Assembly: GCF_900182835.1 (NCBI RefSeq)
Contig: NZ_FXUB01000005.1
Coordinates: 34,906 to 66,905 of the forward strand
Length of the DNA: 32,000 nt
Reading direction: 5' to 3'
Source of the DNA: Desulfurobacterium pacificum
GTDB lineage: Bacteria; Aquificota; Aquificia; Desulfurobacteriales; Desulfurobacteriaceae
Both the position numbers and the translations under genes were made by a program. Below are positions 23,992-32,000 of this stretch, one piece after another. The notes beneath the pieces were generated by a model that ran no database searches, had not been told where the DNA came from, and was given only the letters and a program-made list of their open reading frames with translations. Position 1 is the first letter of the stretch, and each line of letters starts with the position of its first letter.

Positions 23992-25377
23992 ATGGTAACA
24001 GACTTCAAAGAGTTAGGAGTTTACGGAGCAAAAAAACTCTTAGAAAAAGGAGCAGATTACGGCGACCTTTTCTTTGAAAAGAGATACACTTTTTCCGCTT
24101 CCTGTGAAGACAACAAAGTAGAGAGAGTATCTTCTGGGCTGGAAGTTGGAGTAGGAATACGTTACATAAAAAAACAAAAAACTTACTTCGGATTTACAAA
24201 CAAACTAACAATCCAATCTATTGAAGAAACAATAGACAACTTAGCATCAGCAGCCGCTTCAGAAAAAGAGGTAACGTTAGACCTAAGAGAAAAGGAACCT
24301 CGTTACGAAGGAATAGTAGAAGGAACAAACTTTGAAATCTCAGTTGATGAAAAAGTGGAATACCTATTAAAAGCAAACGAAACAGCTCGCTCCTACGGAG
24401 ATAGAATTAAACAGGTCACAGTTGTTTTAAGAGACCAAATTCAGGAAGTAACTATAGTAAACACCTTAGGTAACATAGTAGAAGACGTAAGACCACGCGT
24501 TGTCTTTTACGTTTTGGTAGTAGCATCTGACGGAATACTCCTTCAAACAGGATACGAACCTGTAGGACACTTAGGTGATTACTCCCTTTTCCAAAAACAT
24601 CCTCCCGAAAAGGTGGCTAAAATAGCTGCCGAAAGAGCTTTAAAAATGCTTGAAGCCAAACCTGCACCTGCAGGTAAATTTACAGTGGTAATCTCCTCAA
24701 AAGCCGGCGGAACAATGATTCACGAAGCGGTAGGGCATGGACTTGAAGCCGACCTTGCCAACCAGGGACTTTCTGTTTACGCAGGAAAAATAGGAGAAAA
24801 GGTTGCATCAGAATTGATAACGGTAATAGATAACGGCTACATGAAAGGAATGTACGGAAGCTCCGGCTACGACGATGAAGGCACTGCAACAAGAGAAAAC
24901 GTTCTTATAGAAAACGGCATACTTAAAAACTTCATGTACGACACCCTTGAAGCCATGAAAGCTGGAGAGTTTTCAACTGGTAACGGAAGAAGGCAATCCT
25001 ACATGCACGTCCCTATACCGAGAATGACAAATACCTATATAAAACCACAGGACGCATCACCGGAAGATATCATTGCCGACACAAAAAGCGGAATTTTAGT
25101 TGTTAAAATGGGGGGTGGTCAGGTTAACACCGTTAATGGAGATTTTGTATTTGAGGTCTCCGAGGGCTATCTCATAGAAAACGGAAAGGTAACAGAACCA
25201 ATAAGAGGTGTTTCCCTTATTGGCAACGGACCAGAAGTTCTCAAAAACATTGATGCGGTAGGGAACGACCTGGGCTTTTCTATAGGCACGTGCGGTAAAG
25301 ACGGTCAAGGCGTTCCCGTAACTGACGGAATGCCTACTATTCGCATACCCGAAATTACCGTAGGAGGAGTTAAATAA
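23992..25377 (+). CDS. tldD: TldD-family metalloprotease
   Basis: HExxxH-type motif HEAVGHGLEAD. The C-terminal GDFVFEVSEGYLIENGK and GMPTIRI segments are typical of TldD/PmbA. Confidence 0.9.
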   Translation: MVTDFKELGVYGAKKLLEKGADYGDLFFEKRYTFSASCEDNKVERVSSGLEVGVGIRYIKKQKTYFGFTNKLTIQSIEETIDNLASAAASEKEVTLDLREKEPRYEGIVEGTNFEISVDEKVEYLLKANETARSYGDRIKQVTVVLRDQIQEVTIVNTLGNIVEDVRPRVVFYVLVVASDGILLQTGYEPVGHLGDYSLFQKHPPEKVAKIAAERALKMLEAKPAPAGKFTVVISSKAGGTMIHEAVGHGLEADLANQGLSVYAGKIGEKVASELITVIDNGYMKGMYGSSGYDDEGTATRENVLIENGILKNFMYDTLEAMKAGEFSTGNGRRQSYMHVPIPRMTNTYIKPQDASPEDIIADTKSGILVVKMGGGQVNTVNGDFVFEVSEGYLIENGKVTEPIRGVSLIGNGPEVLKNIDAVGNDLGFSIGTCGKDGQGVPVTDGMPTIRIPEITVGGVK

Positions 25378-26048
25378 TGAAAGCTATAGCAGTAAAGAAC
25401 ATAGAAATAGAGGGTTTAGGAACGTTTAAAGAAGCTTTAGAAAGGAGAGGCGTTAAAACAGAAGAAACGGAAGCCTCTAAAGGACTTGAAATATCTCCCG
25501 ACGAGTTTGACATCCTCATTATCTTAGGCGGTCCTATGGGAGTTTACGAAGAAGACAAATATCCTTTCCTCAAACAAGAAAAAGAGCTGATTAAGCAGTT
25601 TCACGAAAAAGGCAAAAAAATTTTAGGTGTTTGTCTTGGCGCTCAACTTATAGCAAATACCTTCGGCGCAAAAGTATACAAAGGGAAATGGGGAAAGGAA
25701 ATTGGGTGGTATCCTGTATTCCCCCAAGACCATCTTGAAATCATCTATAAAGACGAAATAGAAGTTTTCCACTGGCACGGAGACACTTTTGACCTTCCCG
25801 AAGGAGCTACCAGATTGGCTTCTTCAGTTAAATACAACAACCAAGCGTTCAGAATAGGAAATCAGGTAATTGGTCTTCAATTCCACTTAGAAGTAACAAA
25901 AGAAGATATTAAAAATTGGATAGAAGTTTACAAAAAAGAACTTCAAGAAGAAGGAATACCTGAAGAAAATATCTTAGCAACTGATGAAAAATGGAGAAGA
26001 CTCAAAATATATAGTGATGTTTTCATAGATTATTTCCTGAAATTGTAA
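25377..26048 (+). CDS. Class I glutamine amidotransferase (GuaA-GATase-like, stand-alone)
   Basis: Nucleophile elbow GVCLGAQL, and HWHGD / QFHLE (His-Glu of the triad). The ATG overlaps the tldD stop (TAATG). Confidence 0.85.
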   Translation: MKAIAVKNIEIEGLGTFKEALERRGVKTEETEASKGLEISPDEFDILIILGGPMGVYEEDKYPFLKQEKELIKQFHEKGKKILGVCLGAQLIANTFGAKVYKGKWGKEIGWYPVFPQDHLEIIYKDEIEVFHWHGDTFDLPEGATRLASSVKYNNQAFRIGNQVIGLQFHLEVTKEDIKNWIEVYKKELQEEGIPEENILATDEKWRRLKIYSDVFIDYFLKL

Positions 26049-26056
26049 AAAAAATA

Positions 26057-26084
26057 TTGACAGAAACCGCTGCAAGCCTATATT
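26057..26084 (+). promoter_or_regulatory. Sigma-70-type promoter of the tRNA cluster
   Basis: Consensus TTGACA at 26057-26062, a 16-nt spacer and TATATT at 26079-26084 (or TATTAT at 26081-26086). An A8 tract lies immediately upstream (UP-element-like). The first tRNA starts about 20 nt downstream. Confidence 0.65.
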
Positions 26085-26103
26085 ATCCATCGTCAAATTA
26101 AGT

Positions 26104-26179
<76 letters not shown>

Positions 26180-26188
26180 CTTAACAGC

Positions 26189-26266
<78 letters not shown>

Positions 26267-26275
26267 TTATTAATT

Positions 26276-26351
26276 GGGGCCGTAGCTCAGCTGGGAGAGC
26301 GTCAGGCTGGCAGTCTGAAGGTCGTGGGTTCGAATCCCACCGGCTCCACCA
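26276..26351 (+). tRNA. tRNA-Ala (anticodon GGC), CCA encoded
   Basis: Acceptor GGGGCCG/CGGCTCC with the G3:U70 alanine identity pair, anticodon loop CTGGCAG, T-arm GTGGG-TTCGAAT-CCCAC. Confidence 0.95.
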
Positions 26352-26355
26352 TAAG

Positions 26356-26432
26356 GGGCCCGTAGCTCAGTTGGTCAGAGCAGCCGGCTCATAACCGGCT
26401 GGTCGGAGGTTCGAGTCCTCCCGGGCCCACCA
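26356..26432 (+). tRNA. tRNA with CAU anticodon: elongator tRNA-Met or lysidine-type tRNA-Ile2
   Basis: Acceptor GGGCCCG/CGGGCCC. The G1:C72 pair means it is not an initiator. Anticodon loop CTCATAA. The C4:G69 and C5:G68 pairs resemble E. coli tRNA-Ile2 TilS determinants, so identity is ambiguous. Confidence 0.9.
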
Positions 26433-26452
26433 TAGCCAAATACGGAGATTAA

Positions 26453-27514
26453 ATGCCTGTAGAAATCCTCAAAGAACTAATAAACATTCCCTCCATCTAC
26501 GGCAACGAAAAGCAAATTGCAGATTTTGTAGAAAATTTCATAAAAACCGAAAATCCTCACTTGCAAATCCATAGAGTAAACAACAGCATAATAGCCACAA
26601 CGCCCTTTGATGAGAACAAACAAACCGTAGCCTTAGTCGGTCATTTAGACACCGTTCCTGGTGAAAATAAATATACAGGAAAAATCATAAACGGTAGGTT
26701 ATACGGTCTTGGTGCCAGCGATATGAAAGCTGGAGACGCTGTCATACTCAAAATAATATCTGACTTAAAAGAAAAAAACTCCAAATTTAACCTGACTTTT
26801 ATCTTCTACGAAAAAGAAGAAGGACCATACGAAGACAACGGATTAAAACTGCTCATATCAAAATTCTCAGAACTCATAAAAAGAAACGACTTTGCTTTTG
26901 TTTTAGAACCGACAGATAATAAAATTCAAGTCGGCTGTCTTGGCGTCATCCACGCGTGGTTCATATTTAAAGGGAAACGGGCACATTCAGCAAGACCTTG
27001 GGAAGGCGATAATGCAATTCACAAAGGCTGGAAACTCCTCAAAACGCTAAGTGAGATGAAACCTGAGGAATACAAAGTTGGCAACCTTTCCTATTTTGAA
27101 GTAATGAACGCAACAATGGTAGACTTCAAAGGCGGTCGTAACATTATCCCTGAGGAGTTCCTAATAAACGTAAACTACAGGTTTACGCCAGACAAAACTA
27201 CAAAAGAAGCTTTAAAGAAAATAGAAAAGTTAGCAGAAGAAACTGAAACATCCTCTCTAAAAATCTGGGACATATCACCCGCTGCAAGACCCTGCCTTGA
27301 CAACCCTATTTTACGTTTGTTTAAAGAAACGTTTAATTTACCAATAGAAGCTAAACAAGCATGGACAGATGTCGCCCAGCTATCCGAAATCGGCGTAGAT
27401 GCAGTTAACTTCGGTCCAGGTCAGCCTCACCAGGCTCATCAAAAAGATGAATACGTAGAAGTAGAAAAAATCCACACCTGCTACCACATACTAAAAGAAT
27501 TCCTTTTAGAATAA
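26453..27514 (+). CDS. dapE: M20-family metallopeptidase, succinyl-diaminopimelate desuccinylase/ArgE-like
   Basis: Metal-ligand contexts GHLDTVP, GASDMKAG and EKEEGP. A dimerisation-lid insert is followed by FGPG...AHQKDEYVE. DapE versus ArgE cannot be resolved by eye. Confidence 0.7.
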   Translation: MPVEILKELINIPSIYGNEKQIADFVENFIKTENPHLQIHRVNNSIIATTPFDENKQTVALVGHLDTVPGENKYTGKIINGRLYGLGASDMKAGDAVILKIISDLKEKNSKFNLTFIFYEKEEGPYEDNGLKLLISKFSELIKRNDFAFVLEPTDNKIQVGCLGVIHAWFIFKGKRAHSARPWEGDNAIHKGWKLLKTLSEMKPEEYKVGNLSYFEVMNATMVDFKGGRNIIPEEFLINVNYRFTPDKTTKEALKKIEKLAEETETSSLKIWDISPAARPCLDNPILRLFKETFNLPIEAKQAWTDVAQLSEIGVDAVNFGPGQPHQAHQKDEYVEVEKIHTCYHILKEFLLE

Positions 27515-29068
27515 CAACCTTTCTAAATCTTCTAAAGTAAATTCGCTGTGCCTTTTAAACTCCTCTCTTTCGTAAGGAAAATCACTTCTAAAATGTCCTC
27601 CTCTACTCTCTTCTCTCCTCATCGCACTTATAGCCATTGCAAGCCCTAAAATAGCTCCATTCCTCACTTCCCAATTAGATAAAGAAAGAGCTATATTTGA
27701 AAGCCTATCAATAGCCTTAGTTAAAGAATCTGCCGTTCTAACTATACCAACGTTACTCCATAAAACTTTCTTAACATCTTCCAAAACATACTTCTGCTCA
27801 TTCTGAGGCTTCCACTCCTCTAACTTTACTCTCACTTCAGCAAACCTCTTACTCAAATACCTCCAATCAGCATACACTCCATAAGCAGCTCTATTACCAA
27901 AAACAACACATTCAAGCAAAGAGTTACTGGCAAGTCTATTAGCTCCATGAACTCCCGTACATGCAGCCTCTCCTACAGCGTAAAGACCCTTTAAAGAAGT
28001 TCTACCAAAACTATCAACAGCTACTCCACCAATATAGTAGTGAGCTACCGGAGTTATAGGAATTAAATCTTTCTTCGGGTCCAATCCCTTCTCTTTAAGC
28101 TTTCTACAAATTGTGGGAAACCGTTCATAAATATCTATCCCCCTTCTCTCTATGGGTCTAAAATCTAAATAGATATCTCCACCAGACAGTCTCCGTTGCG
28201 TTTCAATAGCCCGAGTTACAACATCTCTCGGAGCAAGTTCCCACAAATGGTGATAGTCCCCCATAAACCTTCTACCATGTCTATCAACGATAACAGCCCC
28301 TTCTCCTCTAACAGCTTCAGATATCAAAAAACACTCTTTATCATCACAAAAAGCTGTAGGATGAAACTGAACAAACTCAAGGTCCTTTAATTTTGCACCA
28401 TACCTTAAAGCAATTGTTATACCGTCCCCCGTTGACGTTGGAGGATTAGTAGTTTTCTCAAATAATCCCGCCGCACCACCAGTAGCAAAAACAACAGCCG
28501 GAGCGTAAAAGGCTCTCAAATCCCCAGAAACTTCTGCTAAAACTCCATAACATCTTCCATTTTTTACTATAAGCTCTTTTACACGAACAAACTCCTGAAT
28601 CCTTCCAGAATAAGCACTTATCAACGCTTTTTCTATATCCTCCCCAGTTTTATCCTTACAATGCGCTATCCTCGCAACAGAATGAGCAGCTTCTTTAGTA
28701 AACCGGATAAATCCTTCCTCATCTTTATCAAAATCCACCCCCAACTCAATAAGGTCTATAACCCTTTTTACTCCTTCCTCCACCAAAATCCTTGCCATCT
28801 TCCTATCTACCAAACCAGCTCCTGCCCTTACCGTATCAGCAAAGTGCAGGTCAGTAGAATCATCAGGAGGCAGGGCAGAAGCTATACCTCCCTGAGCCAA
28901 AAAAGTTGAACCCTCATACATTTCAGACTTAGAAAGAACACAAACATCTAAACCTAACCTTTTAAGAACAATTGCGCAGTAAAGCCCAGCAGCTCCAGAA
29001 CCTACTACAACTACATCGTAAGTTTCTGAAGGTATATCAAGCGAGTCAACAGTAAGTAAACTTTTCAT
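27506..29068 (-). CDS. nadB: L-aspartate oxidase
   Basis: FAD fold VVVVGSGAAGL, AQGGIAS, VQFHPT, RGEGA, GLYAVGEAACTGVHGANRLASNSLLE, ESRGGHFRSDFP. Confidence 0.95.
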   Translation of the reverse strand: MKSLLTVDSLDIPSETYDVVVVGSGAAGLYCAIVLKRLGLDVCVLSKSEMYEGSTFLAQGGIASALPPDDSTDLHFADTVRAGAGLVDRKMARILVEEGVKRVIDLIELGVDFDKDEEGFIRFTKEAAHSVARIAHCKDKTGEDIEKALISAYSGRIQEFVRVKELIVKNGRCYGVLAEVSGDLRAFYAPAVVFATGGAAGLFEKTTNPPTSTGDGITIALRYGAKLKDLEFVQFHPTAFCDDKECFLISEAVRGEGAVIVDRHGRRFMGDYHHLWELAPRDVVTRAIETQRRLSGGDIYLDFRPIERRGIDIYERFPTICRKLKEKGLDPKKDLIPITPVAHYYIGGVAVDSFGRTSLKGLYAVGEAACTGVHGANRLASNSLLECVVFGNRAAYGVYADWRYLSKRFAEVRVKLEEWKPQNEQKYVLEDVKKVLWSNVGIVRTADSLTKAIDRLSNIALSLSNWEVRNGAILGLAMAISAMRREESRGGHFRSDFPYEREEFKRHSEFTLEDLERLLF

Positions 29069-29078
29069 AACTCCTCCA

Positions 29079-29810
29079 CTATAGCCTGATAATAAACGAA
29101 GTTTCTATACCTTTCTTCTCAAGTTTCTCTTTAAACCGCTTAGCATCTTTCAAAGAAAAAACAGGACCAGCCAAAACCCTATAATAACCATCCATGTAGA
29201 CAACCCTCACCTTTATTCCATACCTTCTCATTACAGAATACTTAAAAGAATAAGCATTCAGCTTATTCCTAAAAGCTCCAATCTGAACGTAAAATCGCCC
29301 CTTTCGATACTCAGACGCAACGTAACGATGGTCAACTTTTCTGCCTAAAGCTATCAACTTCACCTTTGCCACACCCTTTTTCAACATACCCAACTTCTTG
29401 GCAGCAGCGTAAGATAAATCTATGATTCTACCTTCCACAAAAGGTCCTCTATCGTTTATCTTCACAATCACGCTTTTTCCATTCTCAAGGTTTATAACCT
29501 TTACGTAAGTACCCAAAGGCAACGTCTTATGAGCTGCTGTTAACTTATACATATTGTAAATCTCACCGCTTGCCGTTCTTTTTCCATGAAATCCAGGACC
29601 ATACCACGAAGCATACCCAACCTCAACATAACCATAACTACTTTTCCTTACGCAATAAACTTTCCCACCAACACTATAAGTGTAGCTACACTCCGATTTC
29701 CTATAAAACACCCCTCCCTTCTGTGTAGAAGGAATGATAACTACTCTTTCACTACGCGTTCCACAAGAAATAAGGAAAACAGCAAAAAGAAACACAATAA
29801 ATCTCTTCAT
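29079..29810 (-). CDS. rlpA: Septal-ring lytic transglycosylase RlpA-family lipoprotein with C-terminal SPOR domain
   Basis: Lipobox FLISC. DPBB domain [17 protein letters not shown]...[11 protein letters not shown]...[13 protein letters not shown]-like [16 protein letters not shown]...YYRVLAGPV. Confidence 0.9.
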   Translation of the reverse strand: MKRFIVFLFAVFLISCGTRSERVVIIPSTQKGGVFYRKSECSYTYSVGGKVYCVRKSSYGYVEVGYASWYGPGFHGKRTASGEIYNMYKLTAAHKTLPLGTYVKVINLENGKSVIVKINDRGPFVEGRIIDLSYAAAKKLGMLKKGVAKVKLIALGRKVDHRYVASEYRKGRFYVQIGAFRNKLNAYSFKYSVMRRYGIKVRVVYMDGYYRVLAGPVFSLKDAKRFKEKLEKKGIETSFIIRL

Positions 29811-29911
29811 ATTTAGTGTACCTCTAATCTAAATAAATTGTAAAATATAAATTAATAATAAACAAAGGTTTAGAGTATAATTTAAACAGACATCTTTTCA
29901 GGGAGGAGAAA

Positions 29912-30883
29912 ATGAAAACAAAACAACTCAGTATTACCCACAAAATACTAATTGTTTTCTTCATTCTCGTAGCCCTATCTACGCTCTCCTTCTTTCATTT
30001 ACTCAACAAGACCTATAAAGTAAGCCTTATAAATCAAGGTAGAAGTCTCGCACAAGAAATTATCATATTCAGAAAGTGGGCTGCAAGTTTCGGAGGTGTA
30101 TGGACAAAAGACAAATACACTGAAGGCATCGGTTATTTAATGAGTTTAGATGCTCCCTATGGAGAATTAAAAGCCTATAAGTCAGATGAAGTTCTTAAAA
30201 GAGTAGGAGAAACTCACTTCTTTCTCCACAACCCAGCACTTGCCACAAGAGAACTTTCACAACTATCAAACATTGAATACGGATGGTCTTTCCGCGTAGT
30301 ATCAGACAGATATATGGCTCCAGAAGACAAACCAGATACCTGGGAAACAAAAGCCATAAAAACTATTGAAAAGAAAGGAGTTACAGAATACTGGGGATGG
30401 GATGGAAAAACATTCCGTTACGCCAAAGCTATTTACGTAAAGCAGAGCTGCCTAAAATGTCATGGACCTGAAAATCAAATACCTGAAGAAATATTAAAGG
30501 CTCTCAAAGCTAAATATGGAGATAACTACAAAAGAGCCATCAATTACAAAGTTGGCGATTTAAGAGGAATTATAAGCGTATCCATCCTACCACCAAGCAT
30601 TATTTCAACCGCTCTATCTCTTGTTGATATAGTTAATATAGGAGCATTCATCATAGCTTTCTTGGTGTTCTGGTTATTTGCTAAGTATGAAATAATAATT
30701 CCTATTGAGAAACTGACAAAAGCAGCTCACGATATAAGTCTCGGGAAATTAGATATTGATTTAGGAGTCCGCGGTCTGAAGGAAGAAGAAGTTAAAGATG
30801 AAATCACTAAATTGGCTATAGCCATTGACCGTTTAAGAGCCAGTGTCCAAATCGCCATTGAAAGGTTAAGAAAGAAAAAATAA
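29912..30883 (+). CDS. Membrane sensor: periplasmic DUF3365 (Tll0287-like c-heme) domain + HAMP domain, no output domain
   Basis: TM1 at about residues 10-30. Periplasmic domain with NPALATRE, PEDKPDTWE and a CXXCH heme-c site, CLKCH (30449-30463). TM2 at about residues 230-255. HAMP domain (IIPIEKLTKAAHDISLGKLD...KDEITKLAIAIDRLRASV). The protein ends 15 aa later. Confidence 0.8.
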   Translation: MKTKQLSITHKILIVFFILVALSTLSFFHLLNKTYKVSLINQGRSLAQEIIIFRKWAASFGGVWTKDKYTEGIGYLMSLDAPYGELKAYKSDEVLKRVGETHFFLHNPALATRELSQLSNIEYGWSFRVVSDRYMAPEDKPDTWETKAIKTIEKKGVTEYWGWDGKTFRYAKAIYVKQSCLKCHGPENQIPEEILKALKAKYGDNYKRAINYKVGDLRGIISVSILPPSIISTALSLVDIVNIGAFIIAFLVFWLFAKYEIIIPIEKLTKAAHDISLGKLDIDLGVRGLKEEEVKDEITKLAIAIDRLRASVQIAIERLRKKK

Positions 30884-30890
30884 AACTAAA

Positions 30891-30909
30891 GGGGGGATAT
30901 AATCCCCCC
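30891..30909 (+). terminator. Rho-independent terminator-like hairpin after the sensor gene
   Basis: GGGGGGAT-ATA-ATCCCCCC: an 8-bp GC-rich stem with a 3-nt loop, followed by the T-rich TCTTCATTCT. Confidence 0.6.
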
Positions 30910-30923
30910 TCTTCATTCTACGG

Positions 30924-30953
30924 TTGAAAATTAACATCTCAAAAACTTACAAT
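30924..30953 (+). promoter_or_regulatory. Candidate sigma-70 promoter for the aldolase-tyrA unit
   Basis: TTGAAA (30924-30929), an 18-nt spacer and TACAAT (30948-30953), about 30 nt upstream of the ATG at 30986, which has a GAGGT RBS. Confidence 0.4.
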
Positions 30954-30985
30954 AAAGCTTCCAAAACTCATCTGAGGTCAACAGT

Positions 30986-31561
30986 ATGAAAACTTTTATA
31001 AAAGAAAAAAACGAAATGATAAAAACAGGGCGAATTGTTTTTGAAGCCGGACTAACAGACACCCACGGAGGAAACATAAGCATCCGAAAAGGTGAACACA
31101 TAATAATCAAAAAATCAGGAAAAATGTTAGGTTTTTTAACAGAAGATGACTTTGTAATTACAACCCTTCAAAAAAACGAAAAACTTGACGAAGGTGCTTC
31201 AATTGAACTATTGGTCCACAGAGCTATATACCAGAACTTTTCCGAAATTAACGCTATCGTTCATGCCCATTCACCGTACACTGTTGCCTGCTCTTTAATA
31301 ACTAACACAATAACACCTATGGATTCAGAAGGAAAATTACTACTACACAAAGTACCCGTTTTATCTGCCACCTGCGTAGTGTCATCAGAAGAAGTCGCAA
31401 CAAAAATTATCGGTCTCCTCAAACTATCCCCAATCGTGGTAGTAAAATCCCACGGAGCGTTCTCAACCGGTAGAAATTTAAACGAAGCATTAAAATACCT
31501 ATCAGCCCTTGAAAACTCGTGTAAAATTCTCTCAATCTATCACTCAGTAAAGGGGAGCTAA
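30986..31561 (+). CDS. Class II aldolase/adducin-family protein (FucA/MtnB-like)
   Basis: THGGNIS near the N-terminus and the zinc-ligand context VHAHSPY. The size (191 aa) is typical of the family. Substrate is not assignable by eye. Confidence 0.8.
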   Translation: MKTFIKEKNEMIKTGRIVFEAGLTDTHGGNISIRKGEHIIIKKSGKMLGFLTEDDFVITTLQKNEKLDEGASIELLVHRAIYQNFSEINAIVHAHSPYTVACSLITNTITPMDSEGKLLLHKVPVLSATCVVSSEEVATKIIGLLKLSPIVVVKSHGAFSTGRNLNEALKYLSALENSCKILSIYHSVKGS

Positions 31562-31562
31562 A

Positions 31563-32000
31563 TTGGAATGGAATTTCAAAGAAATATGCATAATAGGTTT
31601 AGGATTAATCGGAGGCTCCTTTGCTCTTAATTTGAAACTAAAAGGTTTTAACGGAAAGATTACTGCAATAGACATAAATCCAGAAGCAATAGAAAAAGGA
31701 CTTGACTTAGAAGTAATAGATGATGGAAGTATCAAACATTCCATCGCAGAAAACGCAGACCTAATAGTTATAGCTACCCCCGTTGGTGTTTACGAAGAAG
31801 TAATCCGCCAACTTCTTCCTTTTATTTCATCCGGAACAATCGTCACAGATTTAGGAAGCGTAAAAGGGCACATAGTGTTTAAATGTGAGAGTTTACTAAA
31901 AGGGAAAGCTCCCTTTGTGGGAGGTCACCCAATAGCCGGAACTGAAAAATCCGGAGTGGACAACGCTGTAGAAAACCTTTTCAGCGGAGCAAAATTTATT
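31563..32000 (+). CDS. tyrA: Prephenate/arogenate dehydrogenase, 5' partial (runs off window)
   Basis: Not in the ORF track (no stop in the window). TTG start at 31563, with AAAGGGGAG 6 nt upstream. Translation MEWNFKEICIIGLGLIGGSFALNLK (Rossmann GxGxxG) ...ADLIVIATP...GSVKG...FVGGHPIAGTEKSG (family signature). Confidence 0.85.
   Translation, partial: MEWNFKEICIIGLGLIGGSFALNLKLKGFNGKITAIDINPEAIEKGLDLEVIDDGSIKHSIAENADLIVIATPVGVYEEVIRQLLPFISSGTIVTDLGSVKGHIVFKCESLLKGKAPFVGGHPIAGTEKSGVDNAVENLFSGAKFI

Noticed and set aside
15887-25308. Remaining short antisense ORFs in the track (for example 15887-16171, 16346-16537, 16971-17177, 17249-17479, 18035-18217, 18451-18654, 20875-21063, 22447-23134, 23639-23866, 24680-24892, 25096-25308, 28196-28390, 28661-28909, 29586-29816, 31544-31744)
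   Set aside because: Each lies inside a confidently identified gene on the other strand or in another frame. None has an SD sequence or a recognisable motif.
27506-27514. 9-bp convergent overlap of the dapE-like and nadB 3' ends without a terminator
   Set aside because: It is real in the sequence but fits the extreme compaction seen throughout the window. There is no further structure to suggest a regulatory role.

Overview
This is a gene-dense, moderately AT-rich bacterial chromosome segment. It has almost no intergenic DNA, many 1-30 nt gene overlaps, frequent TTG/GTG starts and K/E-rich proteins. The NSS transporter is a close, colinear homologue of Aquifex aeolicus LeuT (compared from memory), so an Aquificota-type thermophile is my best guess; that is inference only.

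The content is mostly housekeeping:
- Envelope and chaperones: two SurA/parvulin-type periplasmic chaperones, uppS-cdsA, BamA, a second POTRA barrel protein and RlpA.
- One-carbon and NAD metabolism: MetV-MetF methylene-THF reductase, a split CN-hydrolase + NadE NAD synthetase, and NadB.
- Hydrogenase maturation: hypE and hypD, separated by a FetB-like permease.
- Transport and repair: a LeuT-type transporter, a Rad50/SbcC-type ATPase with a zinc hook, and an MscS channel.
- Other: a radical SAM protein, phoH and a 7TM-HD phosphohydrolase, TldD, a class-I GATase, a four-tRNA cluster (Lys-Glu-Ala-Met/Ile2), an M20 DapE-like peptidase, a c-heme DUF3365-HAMP sensor, a class II aldolase and the 5' end of tyrA.

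The only clear accessory module is a MntA/HepT (type VII) toxin-antitoxin pair. I saw no CRISPR array, transposase, integrase or prophage genes.

I did not find a convincing new multi-gene system. The most checkable oddities are:
1. A 1-nt frameshift in a T6 run that splits the LeuT homologue.
2. An untracked 51-aa single-TM ORF translationally coupled to that transporter.
3. An orphan Rad50 with no Mre11/SbcD partner.
4. A strongly recurring 9-mer, GGGGATTTT/AAAATCCCC, found in all reading frames.
5. A BamA signal peptide that lies upstream of any canonical start codon.
6. A FetB-like permease wedged between hypE and hypD.
7. A heme-HAMP sensor with no output domain.
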